Source: Eledone cirrhosa
Taxonomy: Eukaryota
Reading direction: 5' to 3'
NCBI GenBank assembly: GCA_964016885.1
Contig: OZ024742.1
Coordinates: forward strand, 144,646,001 to 144,710,000
Length of the DNA: 64,000 bases
Numbering within the stretch: position 1 is the stretch's first letter; each line of letters begins with the position of its first letter. The notes below the pieces were generated by a model, which searched no databases, was not told the origin of the DNA, and saw only the letters and a program-made list of their open reading frames with translations. The translations under genes were made by a program, and so were the position numbers. Positions 22,788-36,779 of the stretch are shown piece by piece.

Positions 22788-24020
22788 TATTGGGTGAAAC
22801 AAAAAGTTCTTTCGATTTTTTAAGCAAAAAAAAGACATGTTTTAAACACAAAGCGATTTATTCAATCAATGATACAATTACCGTTTGGCTACATTATCTT
22901 CTGTCATCTTATGGACAGATTCATTATTCCCTGCCCAAAGAACTTCCTGCCTTTATTGGCGTAAAACTCCTCCAGATGAATGTTTACAACCTATTCAGAG
23001 TTGAAGGTCTGTACATTCAATGAATTTTGTAGAGACCAAAACAGGTGGAAATCTCACGGCGCAAGGTCATGCGAATATGGAAAGTACGGCAAAACTTCCC
23101 AGCCAAGACACAGTAACTTCTGTTGCGTCTGCAAAGATGTCTGTGGTCTTGCATTGTCATGATGAAAGACAATGCCCTTATGATTAGCAAGTGCTGGGCT
23201 CTTCTGGGGGATCGTTATATTTAATTTATTCACAGTACACATCCGAATTGAGAGACCTGTCCGTGGGAAAAACCTCGCAAAAGACAACACCCTTCCAAAC
23301 CCACCAATCTGAAAGCATAACCTTCTTCAAGTGAAGTCATGCGTTGGAGGTTGTTTGTGGTGACTCACTGCATTGTCCCCGTGAGAGTTTATGATTTACA
23401 TTGTTATAAACAATCCATATTTCATCTCTTGTCGCCATTATCTTAAAAAAGGAACGTTTTCTTCAAGTTTTTGCAAAGAATCGCCGATTAAAATCCGTTG
23501 GGCCAAGTTAGCCCCATTCAATAGACGTGGGATACGAACAGCAAATCTGCTGACGTAACCAAGTTGATGGAGATGGTTTTCAATATTTGTAATCATTCTG
23601 GTCGTATGGTGCGGGTTAATGTCGACTAACTCATTGATTTTGTCATTGTTACTCTCGTTTGGCCAGCCAGAGCGAGGTGCACCATGAACAAAAACAACTG
23701 CTGATCAAAATCGTAAAAAACACTTCTGCCGCACACACTTCATAGAAACAGTCTCTCCTTACACCGCACATGTCTTTCTGTAGGTTTCCGCCTCTTTCTT
23801 GCCTTTTTTAAAAATAATTAAAAAAATCATGTTTATAATGTTCTTTTTCGTTCTCCATTTTTAGGATGATTAAAGCACACAAAATAGAACTTATTTTGTC
23901 GTAAGTTTGCGTCGAGCTCCGCTAAATTGTCAAGTATCTAACGAGTGCAGATGCAGTTACTTAGAGTGCTTGACGTCTAGTGTTGACAAAAACGGAACAG
24001 ACGTTTTGGCTTACATAATA
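22788..24020 (-). mobile_element. Decayed mariner (Tc1/mariner) transposon, about 1.23 kb
   Basis: GIVFHHDNARPQ...LGWEVLPYFPYSHDLAP matches mariner HDNARPH and YSPDLAP. Degenerate TIRs TATTGGGTGAAACAAAAAGTT.. / TATTATGTAAGCCAAAACGT.., TA flanks. Confidence 0.9.
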
Positions 24021-24041
24021 TACCTATATATACATATATAC

Positions 24042-24141
<100 letters not shown>

Positions 24142-24351
24142 TACATATATATATATATACAGTACATATACATATACATATACAGTAGGGTGAAGACACT
24201 GCTTCTTTGCTTAAACTTTAATCTGTTCTTATAGTAAATATTTGCTCTACGGGTTTATATAAATATATATATATTATATATAATCCTTGTGTGCGTGTGC
24301 GCGCGCGCGTGTGTCTGGGTGTGTAATATGGATTTATACATGTGGCTTCAC

Positions 24352-24420
<69 letters not shown>

Positions 24421-24514
24421 TAGATAGGGAGGGGTGCGTGTGTGTGTAATATATTCGTATGTGTATCTATAAATGTTTGTGTCTGTACAATTTGTATATA
24501 TCGACCACCATATA

Positions 24515-24546
<32 letters not shown>

Positions 24547-24741
24547 CCAAAGCATGATTGGGCGAATGAAATGTGTTGTAATTGGCAGTGACCTAATATA
24601 CATTCTTACTGCAACAGCCTAAGTTCTGGAAGAGAAATAATATGGTTCCTAGCTCTGTTAGTGTTTTTCGCTTTGAAGTCCTACATTGGGATAATTGCAT
24701 TTATTAAGGTTCATTTAGATTTCCAGCCTTGCTTTTGTACA

Positions 24742-25105
<364 letters not shown>

Positions 25106-25163
25106 TTTTGTGTAATTTAAGCAGAGTCAAAGCTTTAGAGAAATATCCAGTGTCCCTAATATG

Positions 25164-25263
<100 letters not shown>

Positions 25264-25623
25264 AGTGAGTGAGAGAGAGAGGAAGAGCATTATGCAAAAC
25301 TGTTGCTTCGTCGAAGCATGATGAAAGCGCCAACCATTAGATACAGATTCCCTATCACGCATGATGAAATACTATAAAACTATCTACCGGAAAGTATTAA
25401 TATTCTCCAAACTATATCTCCTAGTTATTAGAAAAAGAACCATATATATATTTATACATACATGTGTGTGTGTGTCTGTATGTATGTATATATATAATAT
25501 ATATAAATGAATATCTCTGTCTATCTCTATATATATGTATATATATATGTATATATATATATATATGTATGTATATATGTATATATATGTATGTATATAT
25601 GTATATATATATATATATATATG

Positions 25624-25727
<104 letters not shown>

Positions 25728-25733
25728 TAAAGA

Positions 25734-25783
<50 letters not shown>

Positions 25784-25863
25784 CATATATCTTTATTGTA
25801 TATATAGTAATGACTTACTTCTACAAGACTAGGGAATCTATATATTAAATATATATTTGTATG

Positions 25864-25895
<32 letters not shown>

Positions 25896-26178
25896 ATTAT
25901 ATAGCGACATATATATGTGTATGTATATATATATGCTTACATACATGTTTATATACGCACCCCCAGCCCCACCCCCACCCCCACACAAACGCACACACAT
26001 ATATATAGAATACATTAAACTTAAGCCAACATTTCTCTCTTTCTATGTATGTATATATATATATTCTATGTATGTATATATATATATACCAGTATATATA
26101 TATATATTCCAACTGTTGAGTGCTACTTATCTGATATATGCATAGTTTTATTGTTCTACAATATTACTCACATTCTAC

Positions 26179-26216
<38 letters not shown>

Positions 26217-26266
26217 CAGATTATTATTATTACTATATATGTATATATATATACATACATACATAC

Positions 26267-26310
<44 letters not shown>

Positions 26311-26870
26311 AATACAATATAGCAAGAAAGGGGACCGTAACAAAATGAAAATGAACTTGTATCTTGCTCTAAGTTTCGCTGCATCAGTCAAATTTATTCT
26401 GGTTCTTATATATCAATAATATGATTTGAAGAAATTGTTATATAATAGTGATAGTGAATGCACAAATCAAATAACTAATCATATATACAGATATAGACCA
26501 GAATCGGTAGAAAAATTATATGGAATAAAATTTGGAGAATCCCAGATTCACCTCACATTAGATATCCGCAAAGGTAATGCATCATAATATAAATTCTTGA
26601 TGCTATGGGCCAACAGGAAACCATCAACGAATGTATACGCTGTCATGCTATCTACTAAGACTAACAGTTAAATTTCACCTTGTCCCTTTAAAGAGCAATG
26701 GGGACATTGAATAATGTATGAGGCTCAGCTGAAAACACCACCTTGGTATTCTATAGTAATGAGCAAAAACGATGACTTCTAGGGGAAACACTGGGCGTCG
26801 GCGGAAGCCAACTAGCCAGTCTCTTCCGTGGGATGACTTATTATTATTATCATCATTATTATTATTATTA

Positions 26871-27195
26871 GGGTGGTGGATTGGCAGTATCGTTAGAGTG
26901 TCGGATAACAAGCTTTGTGGCATGTTACGGCCCTTTACGTTCTAAGTTCAAATCCTACCGAGGTTAACTTTGCCTTTCATCCTTACGGGGTTGATGAAAT
27001 AAAGCACCAGTAACGTACTGGGGTCATTTTAATCGACTTTCCCTTCCCCCAAAATTGCTGGCGTTGTACCTATACTAGAAATCATTATTATTATTTTTGC
27101 CTTTCATCCTTACGGGGTCGATAAAATAAAGTACCAGTAATGTACTGGGATAATTGCTGGCCTTGTGCCTATAATAGAAACAATTATTATTATTT
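26871..27195 (+). mobile_element. tRNA-derived SINE plus 5'-truncated second copy in tandem
   Basis: Same family as 17508-17720. Preceded and followed by (ATT)n. Confidence 0.9.
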
Positions 27196-28020
27196 TCAAA
27201 CGAACTGTATATGATTTTTTTATATCTAGTTAGAAGACACTACAAAAATGTGCCAAAATGTACTAAAAAATTGCTAGAACTAAAATAGTATGACCTACTA
27301 ATCTATAATGTATGTGTTAAACGCTGCTAAAACGCGTCAAATCTAGTCCGTTTTCCGCTAAATTGGCAACTCTGAGATTTACATAGGCACGCATACAATT
27401 TTATTCTAACTCATGCCCTCGATTGCATATTTTTTGTCGACATAGATCACTACCAGTTTCCTTTGACACAATCAAAAGACAGTGTTCAAAGCCTAAATTG
27501 TCTTCAAAAGGAACTGAAATAGTGAAAAAGAAACTTATAAGAAATGATAAGAGGGAAAATTAAGAAACTGACCGCACAAAGAAATGTACAGGAATATATG
27601 AATACTAATATCAATGAGCAGGAATATATGAATACTAAAATGAGTTTGCACAATTAAACTTTCAGCATTCACCTCTGTTTTCATTGCATTTACTCCTCTA
27701 TCATTTTAGATTTTGCCATCTAGATTTTCGGAGGGGATAGAGCTCAGCTTTTGAGTTATAACGTGTCTTTATGAAGACAGAATTATTTTATTACATACCT
27801 TTATTACTTTAACTTCAGTGAAGCTTAACTTGTAGTTCTACTCAACAATATGAGCATAACTGGGCAGTAAACATTATTAACATAACAAATACCTTTCAAC
27901 GCTTTCAATTTGCGGTATTTTTAATTGTAATGTTCTATTGATATTTATGGGTTTTGAAACTTGTAAATACATTTAGATTAGTATGAATGTTATACGTTGA
28001 CATTATTTAAAGTATCATTA

Positions 28021-28347
28021 GGCGGTGGATTGGCAGTATCGGTAGAGGGTCGGACGCCATGCTTTGACGCAAAGAGTTACGGCTCTTTCCATTCTGAGTT
28101 CAAATCCTGCCGAGGTTAACTTTGCCTTTCATCCTTATGGGGTCGATGAAATAAAGTACCAGTAATGCACTGGTGATTGCTGGCCTTGTGCCAAATGTAG
28201 AAACAATTATTTAAAGTATCATTATTATCTGAGTTCAAATCCCGCCGAGGTTAACTTTGCCTTTCATCCTTACGGGGTCGATAAAATAAAGTACCAGTAA
28301 TGCACTGGGTATTTGCTGGCCTTGTGCCTAAAGTAGAAACAATTATT
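28021..28347 (+). mobile_element. tRNA-derived SINE with 19-bp TSD plus truncated tandem copy
   Basis: TSD ATTATTTAAAGTATCATTA at 28002-20 and 28206-24. Second copy 28228-28347. Confidence 0.92.
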
Positions 28348-28503
28348 AATACAGCCACTGTTGGGGGTTGCTTATGCTACTGTTGTTGTTGTTGCTGCTG
28401 CTGCCGCTGCTGCTACTACTACCACTACTACTACTGATGATGATGATGTTGTTGCTGCTGCTGTTGATGATGATGACGACAACAACGATGAAGAGGATGG
28501 TGA

Positions 28504-28536
<33 letters not shown>

Positions 28537-28753
28537 CGATGATGACGACAACGCGTGACGATGATGATGATGTTGATGATGATGATGATGAGGAGGAGGA
28601 GGAGAGAAGGAGGCGGAGGAGGTCGATGAGGAGGAGGAGGAGGAATATGCTTATGCTTATTATGCTGATGCTACTGTTGATGCATGCTACACTTTTCACA
28701 CCAAGCTGGCATAAGCAGCAAAGCATTTTCTATGGGTGTTATTAATGAAATAA

Positions 28754-29208
28754 GGGCGGTGGATTGGCAGTATCGGTGGAGGGTCGGACGCCATGCTTTC
28801 CAGCATAGTTACGTCCCTTTACGATCTGAGTTCAAATCCCGCCGAGGTTAACTTTGCCTTTCATCCTTACGGGGTCGATAAAATAAAGTACCAGTAATGC
28901 ACTGGGTAATTGCTGGCCTTGTGCCTAAAGTAGAAACAGTTATTTTAATAAAGGGCGGTGGATTGGCAGTATCGGTAGAGGGTTGGACGCCATGCTTTCC
29001 AGCATAGTTACGTCCCTTTACGATCTGAGTTCAAATCCCGCCGAGGTTAACTTTGCCTTTCATCCTTACATGGTCGATAAAATAAAGTACCAGTAATGTA
29101 CTGTGCCAACAGTAGAAACAGTTATTAATTGTTTCTACTTTGGGCACAAGGCCAGCAATTACCAAATGCATTGCTGGTACTTTATTTTATCGACCCCGTA
29201 AGGATGAA
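28754..29208 (+). mobile_element. Two tandem SINEs plus an inverted 3' fragment
   Basis: Copies at about 28754-28943 and about 28952-29127, inverted fragment about 29128-29208, all bracketed by GTTATTA.TGAAATA (28738-52, 29216-30). Confidence 0.9.
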
Positions 29209-29648
29209 AGAAACAGTTATTACTGAAATATTTACATGCTGGATAAAATATCAATGAACGTATGAAGTTGATATAACAATCGTTCTATCAAGCTAATCAT
29301 TTCCCTTTGTTGCTATTGTAATCATTATCCAACATAAAGGATACTGTTATCTTTTATTGATATGCAGAATACTTCTCAACCAGATCCCCAATGGAATACG
29401 TTCTTCTCTATTCATAACTAAGGTCATTTAAAATATCACCATACACTGATTTTTTATGTCAGTATGTATGTATGCATGCATACGTAAATGTGTTTTTGTA
29501 TATATATATATGTAAGCATTTAACTCTGTATATATGTATTATGCAGGCAGGCATATATGTATGTATGCATGTATGCAGGCATATATGTATGTATGTAGGC
29601 ATATATGTATGTATGCATGTATGCAAGCATATATGTATGTATGTAGGC

Positions 29649-29681
<33 letters not shown>

Positions 29682-29699
29682 TGTATGTATGTATGTATG

Positions 29700-29730
<31 letters not shown>

Positions 29731-30699
29731 GATAGTATTATGTACCACCATATGTGTGTATGTATATTACTATATTTGTATGCATGCTACGTATGTAGCA
29801 TACATACAAGATATTGCATTAAGTTATTAAATTATGATCGGTGAAATCACTTGGGTGATTTGGTCAAAAGCAGCAATTATTCTAACAGTCTCCCAATGCG
29901 GTATCATACATGTCATTTCGTTGTAAGAAATGACATACAGTAATGATTATTCCAGTTTTCCATATTACGAAAGTTAGACAAAAACCGCTCTTTCAGGTCT
30001 CCAATGACCATTCAAAGAATTCTGATATTGTCAGCTAAGCTGCTTTCACGATATTTTTCAAAGATTTCGTACTTTCATCAAAATGTCATAAAAGCTATCA
30101 ACCATCTTGACAACGTTATAATTTAACATCATTTACTCGAGATAGTGAAATTATAAATCTAAAGAAAATTTGGCACAATTTATTAATAATTATAATAATT
30201 ATCTTTATTAATCATCAAAATACAACTAGGGTTTCTTTTATTAAAAAATAATCAAGCACGTCTTGGAACACTCTAGGTTAACAATTGCTGTTTAAAAATT
30301 CCCTAAGAATATTTGAAGATCCTAGTATTGTTATTCTTTTACAGGTATGTTCCCAAATTTATTATCAAACCGATTGTGTATCACTCACGTTGAACTGGTT
30401 ACAAATGACACATATTTAATAATAGATATATTACTTTATATCAGTATATATCCAGCATTTTTCCTCGTGTTGTAGTTATGGCAGCTGCTTTTATTATTAT
30501 TGTTGTTGTTGTGTTTAATGCTGTTCTATTGTTTTTCTATGTGTTTTTATGTGGCTTTTATATCTGTGAATGTTACTGTTATTTATCTTCTTGTCAGTAT
30601 TCTTACCCATGTTCTTGTTGTGGTTGTTCTTTCTAATTGTGGTGGACGTCTGTGTTTCTGTTTCTGCTCTTGTTGGTATGGAAGGTAACTAGCTGGTAG

Positions 30700-31900
30700 A
30701 TTCCTGTGTCTCTTATCTCTATTCTCTATTACCTTCGGTACACACAGCTTTGGAATTTTGTATGACTGGAGGGCTAATCTTGGTTGTAATTCTCCTCTTG
30801 GACAGCATCACTTTATCCCCATCTGCCTCTCCTTTTTCTCTTTACTGAAGACGGAAGGGACACATCCCTGTATTTGAATGTGGGCATTTTCATATTTATG
30901 GTGACATTGGCCTTGTTTTAAGAGGATGGGCACTCTCTAAAGGTTCCCTTAGTCGGTGGTTGTACTATTCCTTCTCTGCGTTTTTTGGAATTGTAGTGAT
31001 TGTTTTTGGCATATTTGTTGATGTGGGTGCTGTTATTGTTGACTTCATTGACATTTTGATGTTGACAGGAAGAGAAACACCCTCTTATTTTGCTTTTACT
31101 AGAGAGAGAAACATTCGAGGTGGACGATGCTACATATATGACACGTGTCTTCTACCTGAGACGCTAGAAGCCTACATTCTATGGTTTGTCCGGCAGTTCG
31201 TTTTATATTCCAGAATTTGATATTCCTCTCTTCTTCTGCCAACCTTAATAAATCAAACTCATGTGACGCATTTTTAACTGTCACCTTTGCAACGTGATGT
31301 CTCTTGGGGGTAGACAGGAGGACATACACCTTCTTTGTGCAGGATTAATGGAGTGTTTAGAGTCATGTTATTCTGAGCAGGATTGTGGTTCTTCCGATCC
31401 GTATTATTGCCATTCTTTCGTGTACTCGAGGGCAGCTCACACGCCTCTTAAGTCCGTTTTTTCTCAGCCTGTGTAGAATTTAGATTCTTCTGTTGGTACT
31501 GTTGACGCAGCAGTAGATTATCGTCCAACATTTGCTACTTTTTAACCACCGTTTCTTGGTTTACTGTTATTCCCCGTTTTCTTACTTCTCTTAATTTTCT
31601 CTTTATGTTTCGGGAGATCTGCTTTCAGCTAATTATGATGCTTATATAGGTGATTATGTTCTGTGGTATTGGTTTTGTTGTTGTTATTCTTGCTGCTGGT
31701 GCTTGTGTTGGCAATGGTAGTAGCTGTAGTAATGGTGGTGATGGAAGTGTTACTGCTGTTGCAATTGATAGCTTTTCAATTTTCTTCACTAGAATGTTTT
31801 GGTTGGAATAAATCAAGATGTCTATCGGCATGTATAGGTTTTCAATCCTGCCTTTGATTTTGGTATCTAGCCTGTTCGTTTTGTCAATCTGACCAGACAC
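30700..31900 (-). pseudogene. Decayed ORF1 of a Tx1-like LINE related to the intact element
   Basis: KHSINP...HVAKVTV versus intact KHSMTP...RIARVRI, followed by a degenerate knuckle CHICSIVHLEC. Confidence 0.55.
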
Positions 31901-33131
31901 ATTCCAGAGTATATATTTAGTAACTGTGTTTTTGTCGCATATTCGTCTGTTATCTGCTTATACCACTTATCAATTTTTTACGTTAGATGTTTGCATATTA
32001 TCCAATAGATATAGTTACCTACAGGTCACGCCAGTGGATATATAGTCAATCTTTTCCCAGAACTAGCTTTCCGTAAATGAGATAGTCGATTGTTTCTTAT
32101 GTCGATTACAGTTAATTTTATTAGACTTTTATTATATAATTTTACTTTGGTAGAACTTTATGTATTGTTAGATATTGATATTCTGTAACTAAAATCGGAC
32201 TTTCCATTTCTGCCTCGAGTCTTTTGAACCATTGCAAGCTTTCATATTGACTTTTATTTTGGTTGATTTCTTTTCTGTCCAGTCTGGCAACATATTGACC
32301 ATCGAAAGATTATTCTCTCTAATGCTTATTAGTGATTTATTTTTGAAATTCAGTTGTGATTATAGTTTTTGTGTCTTTTAACCATTTCTGTTGCCTTGAC
32401 TTTATCTACCTTTTTCTCGTCGGTCTAATTAGTTTCTTGCATTACATTATTGTTTTATTTTGTACATAAAAGAAAGTTTTGGAGTTATTTTCGTGTTTTC
32501 ATATTATACTGACCTGTGTATATTTGTTAGACAGTAAATATTTTCTGCATCTACCCTGGTGTGTGTGGTGCGGTAAATAAATATATGTATATACAGGTTC
32601 AAACACAAAGGAACCAAATACCCACTGTCACTGCCTCCATCTGTCCCGCTCTCCCCAACTCTCACTATCATAAGGAAATGGGGGCCCACGCTCTGGCCAC
32701 TTCGCGGCCCCGACGGATAGAATAGAGAGCCCGTGGTTACTCTGCAGTATTTTTTTACCTGTATCAGATCCTTTCCCCTTTGTGTGAGTGGTAGCTCTAA
32801 TTTATCTATAAAATAACATCTTTAAGAATGGTAACTTTGAAATGCAGAAAGTAGTTTCTTTTGTTTACTTTTTCAGGCTCTCCACTTCATTTAATTTCCA
32901 ATTTATTAAACTGACCACTGCATTTTATATGATATGATATGACTAGCGTGTTTATAACTATAATATAACTTCGGAAATTGATTTCGTTTTTTTATATTAT
33001 TCTCACTATACTAACGTAGTAATCTTTTTTTTTTCTGTTGTTTTCTTTTTTTTTGTGTTTCTGTATACTTCGTTTTTTCGATTTAATTTACACCTAAGTA
33101 AATGTATATGTTCTATTATTTTGATATATAA

Positions 33132-33511
33132 GGCGGTGGATTGGCAGTATCGGTAGAGGGTCGGACGCCATGCTTTCCAGCGTAGTTACGTCCCTTTACG
33201 ATCTGAGTTCAAATCCCGCCGAGGTTGACTTTACCTTTCATCCTTACGGGGTCGATAAAATAAAGTACCAGTAATGCACTGGGTAATTGCTGGCCTTGTG
33301 CCTAAAGTAGAAACAATTATTTTGATATATAAGGGCGGTGGGTTGGCAGTATCGGTAGAGGGTCGGTCGCCATGCTTAGAAGCATAGAGTTACCGTCTGA
33401 GTTCAAATCCCGCCGAGGTTAACTTTGCTTTTCATCTTTTCGGGGTCGATAAAATAAAGTACCAGTAATGCACTGGGATAATTGCTGGCCTTGTGCCAAA
33501 AGTAGAAACAA
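33132..33511 (+). mobile_element. Two tandem SINEs sharing one triplicated target site
   Basis: ATTATTTTGATATATA(A) at 33115, 33316 and about 33511, bracketing copies that start at 33132 and 33333. Confidence 0.92.
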
Positions 33512-33559
33512 ATATTTTGATATATATACTGTATATCACTTATTCAATATTTCGCTGTT

Positions 33560-33690
33560 ATGCAAAATACACAACCTAAAGTTATCCCTATATGTATAGC
33601 GAGAAATTATTGCCACTATTAAATGTTTGTGTTCAGATGTGTTTTGTAATGTGTTGTATTTGCGGGTCATTGTGGCAAATAAATATCATC
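33560..33690 (+). mobile_element. Probable 3' UTR remnant of a Tx1-like LINE
   Basis: GGGTCATTGTGGCAAATAAATATCATCAT resembles the intact 3' end GGCCCTTGTGGCCAATAAATGAAATCATTAT. Confidence 0.45.
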
Positions 33691-33949
33691 ATCATCATCA
33701 TCATCATCGTCATCATCACCATCATCATCATCATCATCATCATCAGCAGCAGCAACGTCATCATCGTTATCAGTGGATGACAAAACTGATAGAGTATAGT
33801 TGCTACCACGTTGTAGGACGGCCACGGCTATCAGCTGAGTCCATTGTGCAGATCACACACCCGCATTTCTTTGGCCAGAAAAACCAGGCAGTGTTTATTT
33901 GCCTGTTGGTCATAACGAAATAGGTTGTGTGAAGGACAAAACTTTCCTC

Positions 33950-34400
33950 TTTAGCCAAGTACTAATAAACTTTTTAAAGTTCACTTGACAAGAAAATTGA
34001 GGGTGGAGTGGGAAGTACTGTACTTCAGCATATTTGTTGAAAGATGGATGTGAATGTGGAGGATGGTCTGAGTAAACGGGCCTGCTCTGAATATAGATTT
34101 GTAGATTGGAGGAGGGCAAAAGGAAGAAGGTGCATGCTTTAGTTTTTAGAGTGACCGTCTTTTGAGTGCCTTTTCACAAGTAGCCCTCGGATGTATCCCT
34201 CGTATTGTGGGATTTTCTTTGTTTCATTTTATTGTTACCTATTTTGTTTTTATTTCTTGTTTTAACTTCTCTCGTGTAAACCCATACTGTATCCACCTGT
34301 ATCATCCTGTGTCGCCCTCCATCTTTATGTAGACATATATGGGCCCCAAGGTCTAAATCCAACCCTGCCTCTTGAGAGACCTGTACTTAAAATTCCCACG
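33950..34400 (-). pseudogene. Further decayed Tx1-like ORF1 remnant
   Basis: GGRHRMIQV and LKTKACTFF resemble RGRQYGTVSV and CKTSKVIMY of the intact ORF1. Confidence 0.35.
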
Positions 34401-34435
34401 TTTCCAGGTGAAGACACTCTCTACCTATCTATTTA

Positions 34436-34478
<43 letters not shown>

Positions 34479-34484
34479 CACACA

Positions 34485-34530
<46 letters not shown>

Positions 34531-34690
34531 CTCAATAACAACAACAGCAACTAACTAGCATTATAGTGAAAGTCTTTTTTTGAAGTCTGTGTTGCGTTGT
34601 CTACATGTTGAAGGACATACAGAAACACACACACACGCTCTACTATATGGAGAGCGTGACGGACGGACTGACACACACGGCTCTTATAAT

Positions 34691-35250
34691 ACTAGCTGGC
34701 AAACATGACGGTTTACATAATATAAAATAAGTGATACAAACACACAAATATACAGTCAATGTGTGTAGCCAAATCGCTACACATACACACACACACAGCC
34801 GTGACGAATCTTAGAACGGTGGACTACGAGAGTTTCTCACCCCTCTTTCCTCACTCATCACATAGATGTGTGTATGTAATAATTATGTTTTCTAAGTTTC
34901 TGTTTACATATATGTATGTGTAGATTCGTGTGTGTTTGTAATTCTATTGTTTGTGTATTTTTCTAAATAAACACACACAAACACATATACACTCACACAA
35001 ATATTATATATAAATATGATTTACACAAACACACATATACACACACATAATCATAACAGCCAATGTGTGTAGCCATTTCGCTATACATATAGACACACAC
35101 AGATGTAGTGAATATTGGATGTCGCCACCCCTTCCTTCCTAAGTCGATGTTATCACCCCCTCCTTTCTCAGTTTGTCACCACCCCTTCCTTCCTCAGTCA
35201 TCTCTTGTGACGGACAAATACACAAGCGTATTATATATTAGTAGATAGAT
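34691..35250 (+). mobile_element. Non-autonomous Helitron-like element
   Basis: ACTAGCTG start, GTGACGGACA...TATTATATATTAGTAGATAG end. A shorter similar unit lies at 34554-34695. Confidence 0.45.
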
Positions 35251-35271
35251 TATTATAATTGTTTTTGTTGT

Positions 35272-35302
<31 letters not shown>

Positions 35303-35781
35303 AAGAAACAGCTTCAGTTTTAGTATTCTATTATAATTTCATTCACATACAAGATCCTATATATAGATACTAAATCGATCCCAGTGCCTGATCGAACCTT
35401 TATTTTATCGACATCGGAATGAAGAAAGGCAAAGTTGATTTCGGTTGATTTGAACTCAGATTGTAAATGGCTCTTACGAAAAACTACAGATATTTTGTCC
35501 GATGATCTAACGATTCTGCTAATCCACATACAGTCTAACAGTAGCAATGTTTGATGACCAGAAACGAGCAGTAAAGAACTATTGAATTATGTCGAGACAC
35601 TTATTCGCTCAGTTCTATAAAGTTGGAATTATACATTAAGCTTAACATGGTCGCACGAACTCCGGAATTATAATGTCCTCACATAAAAAGCTGTTGCTCT
35701 GTGCCAGTAGCAAATGTCAATTATCATTCAAGATTTTATTTATATCAATCTTCTGTTTTTGCTCCTCTCTTCTTCTCACTC

Positions 35782-35846
<65 letters not shown>

Positions 35847-36779
35847 TCAGATTACACAACAATTGCTCTCTTACATCTATTATTAGTTACTATTATCTAT
35901 GCACCATTAGCTTCTGAAAATAGCCATGGATTTATTTATTAAAACAACGAGAACATTAGGTTAGTTTAGATCACAGTCTTCAGCAAGTGTCTGGCATTTT
36001 CATATCACGTAACGGTCATAAAGCAACCAACCAACAAAGGAAGATAGATACATATAGAGAAAGGGAGAGAGAGCGAGAGAGAGAGAGAGTGAAAGAGAGA
36101 GAGGGGGGGGAGAACAAAAGAAAGAGAGAAAGTGAAATAAAGAGATGGAGAGTGAGACAATGCCGTGTATGGAACTTTCTTGACGTACTTTTCGACAGGT
36201 GTTTCTTTGTTCTTAACTGTAAGAGTTTGTTACCGCAGCTGCTTAAAAATATATTTCGGGCTACTGTGTTTAGTTTCTGACTATCTAAACTTGTTATGTC
36301 AGCTGCTTCAAATTATTTTGAGCATCTAGTTATACGTTATACATATTCACAGGGTTCTTAATAGGAAATTGATAAAACTCAAGTAAAAGAGACGGATGTA
36401 GGCGCAGGGGCTGGGGTCAAAAGAAAACAACTCTGAATAATTTAATACTCCTCATATCAATTGTATCGTCAATAAATTTTAAGTGAAATATAAATGATTT
36501 TATGTGTAGTGTTATATATACAAAATTACAAGAATACTTGACAAAAAATATTTTACCGCTTAATCATCAGAGAGGGTAGGTAGTTCCCATAAGCCTGTAT
36601 TTTCTAGGTTCTACTAGATTTGGAGGAGGAGGAAGGAAGGAGGACAATATCTTGAGCCGGAGAGCTAGCTAAAGTATTGTGATAGTATTAATTTCGTTAA
36701 GGACATCCAATAACTAGATGGTTGCCTTTGGTGACAGATTAAGTCTTCCACCTAAGAATTCAGAATGTAATGAGCCATA

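Noticed and set aside
26330-26670. Possible decayed PLE GIY-YIG end with CTGATG..GAAAC on the minus strand (similar at 38350-38700 plus)
   Set aside because: Too degraded. The hammerhead stems cannot be formed.
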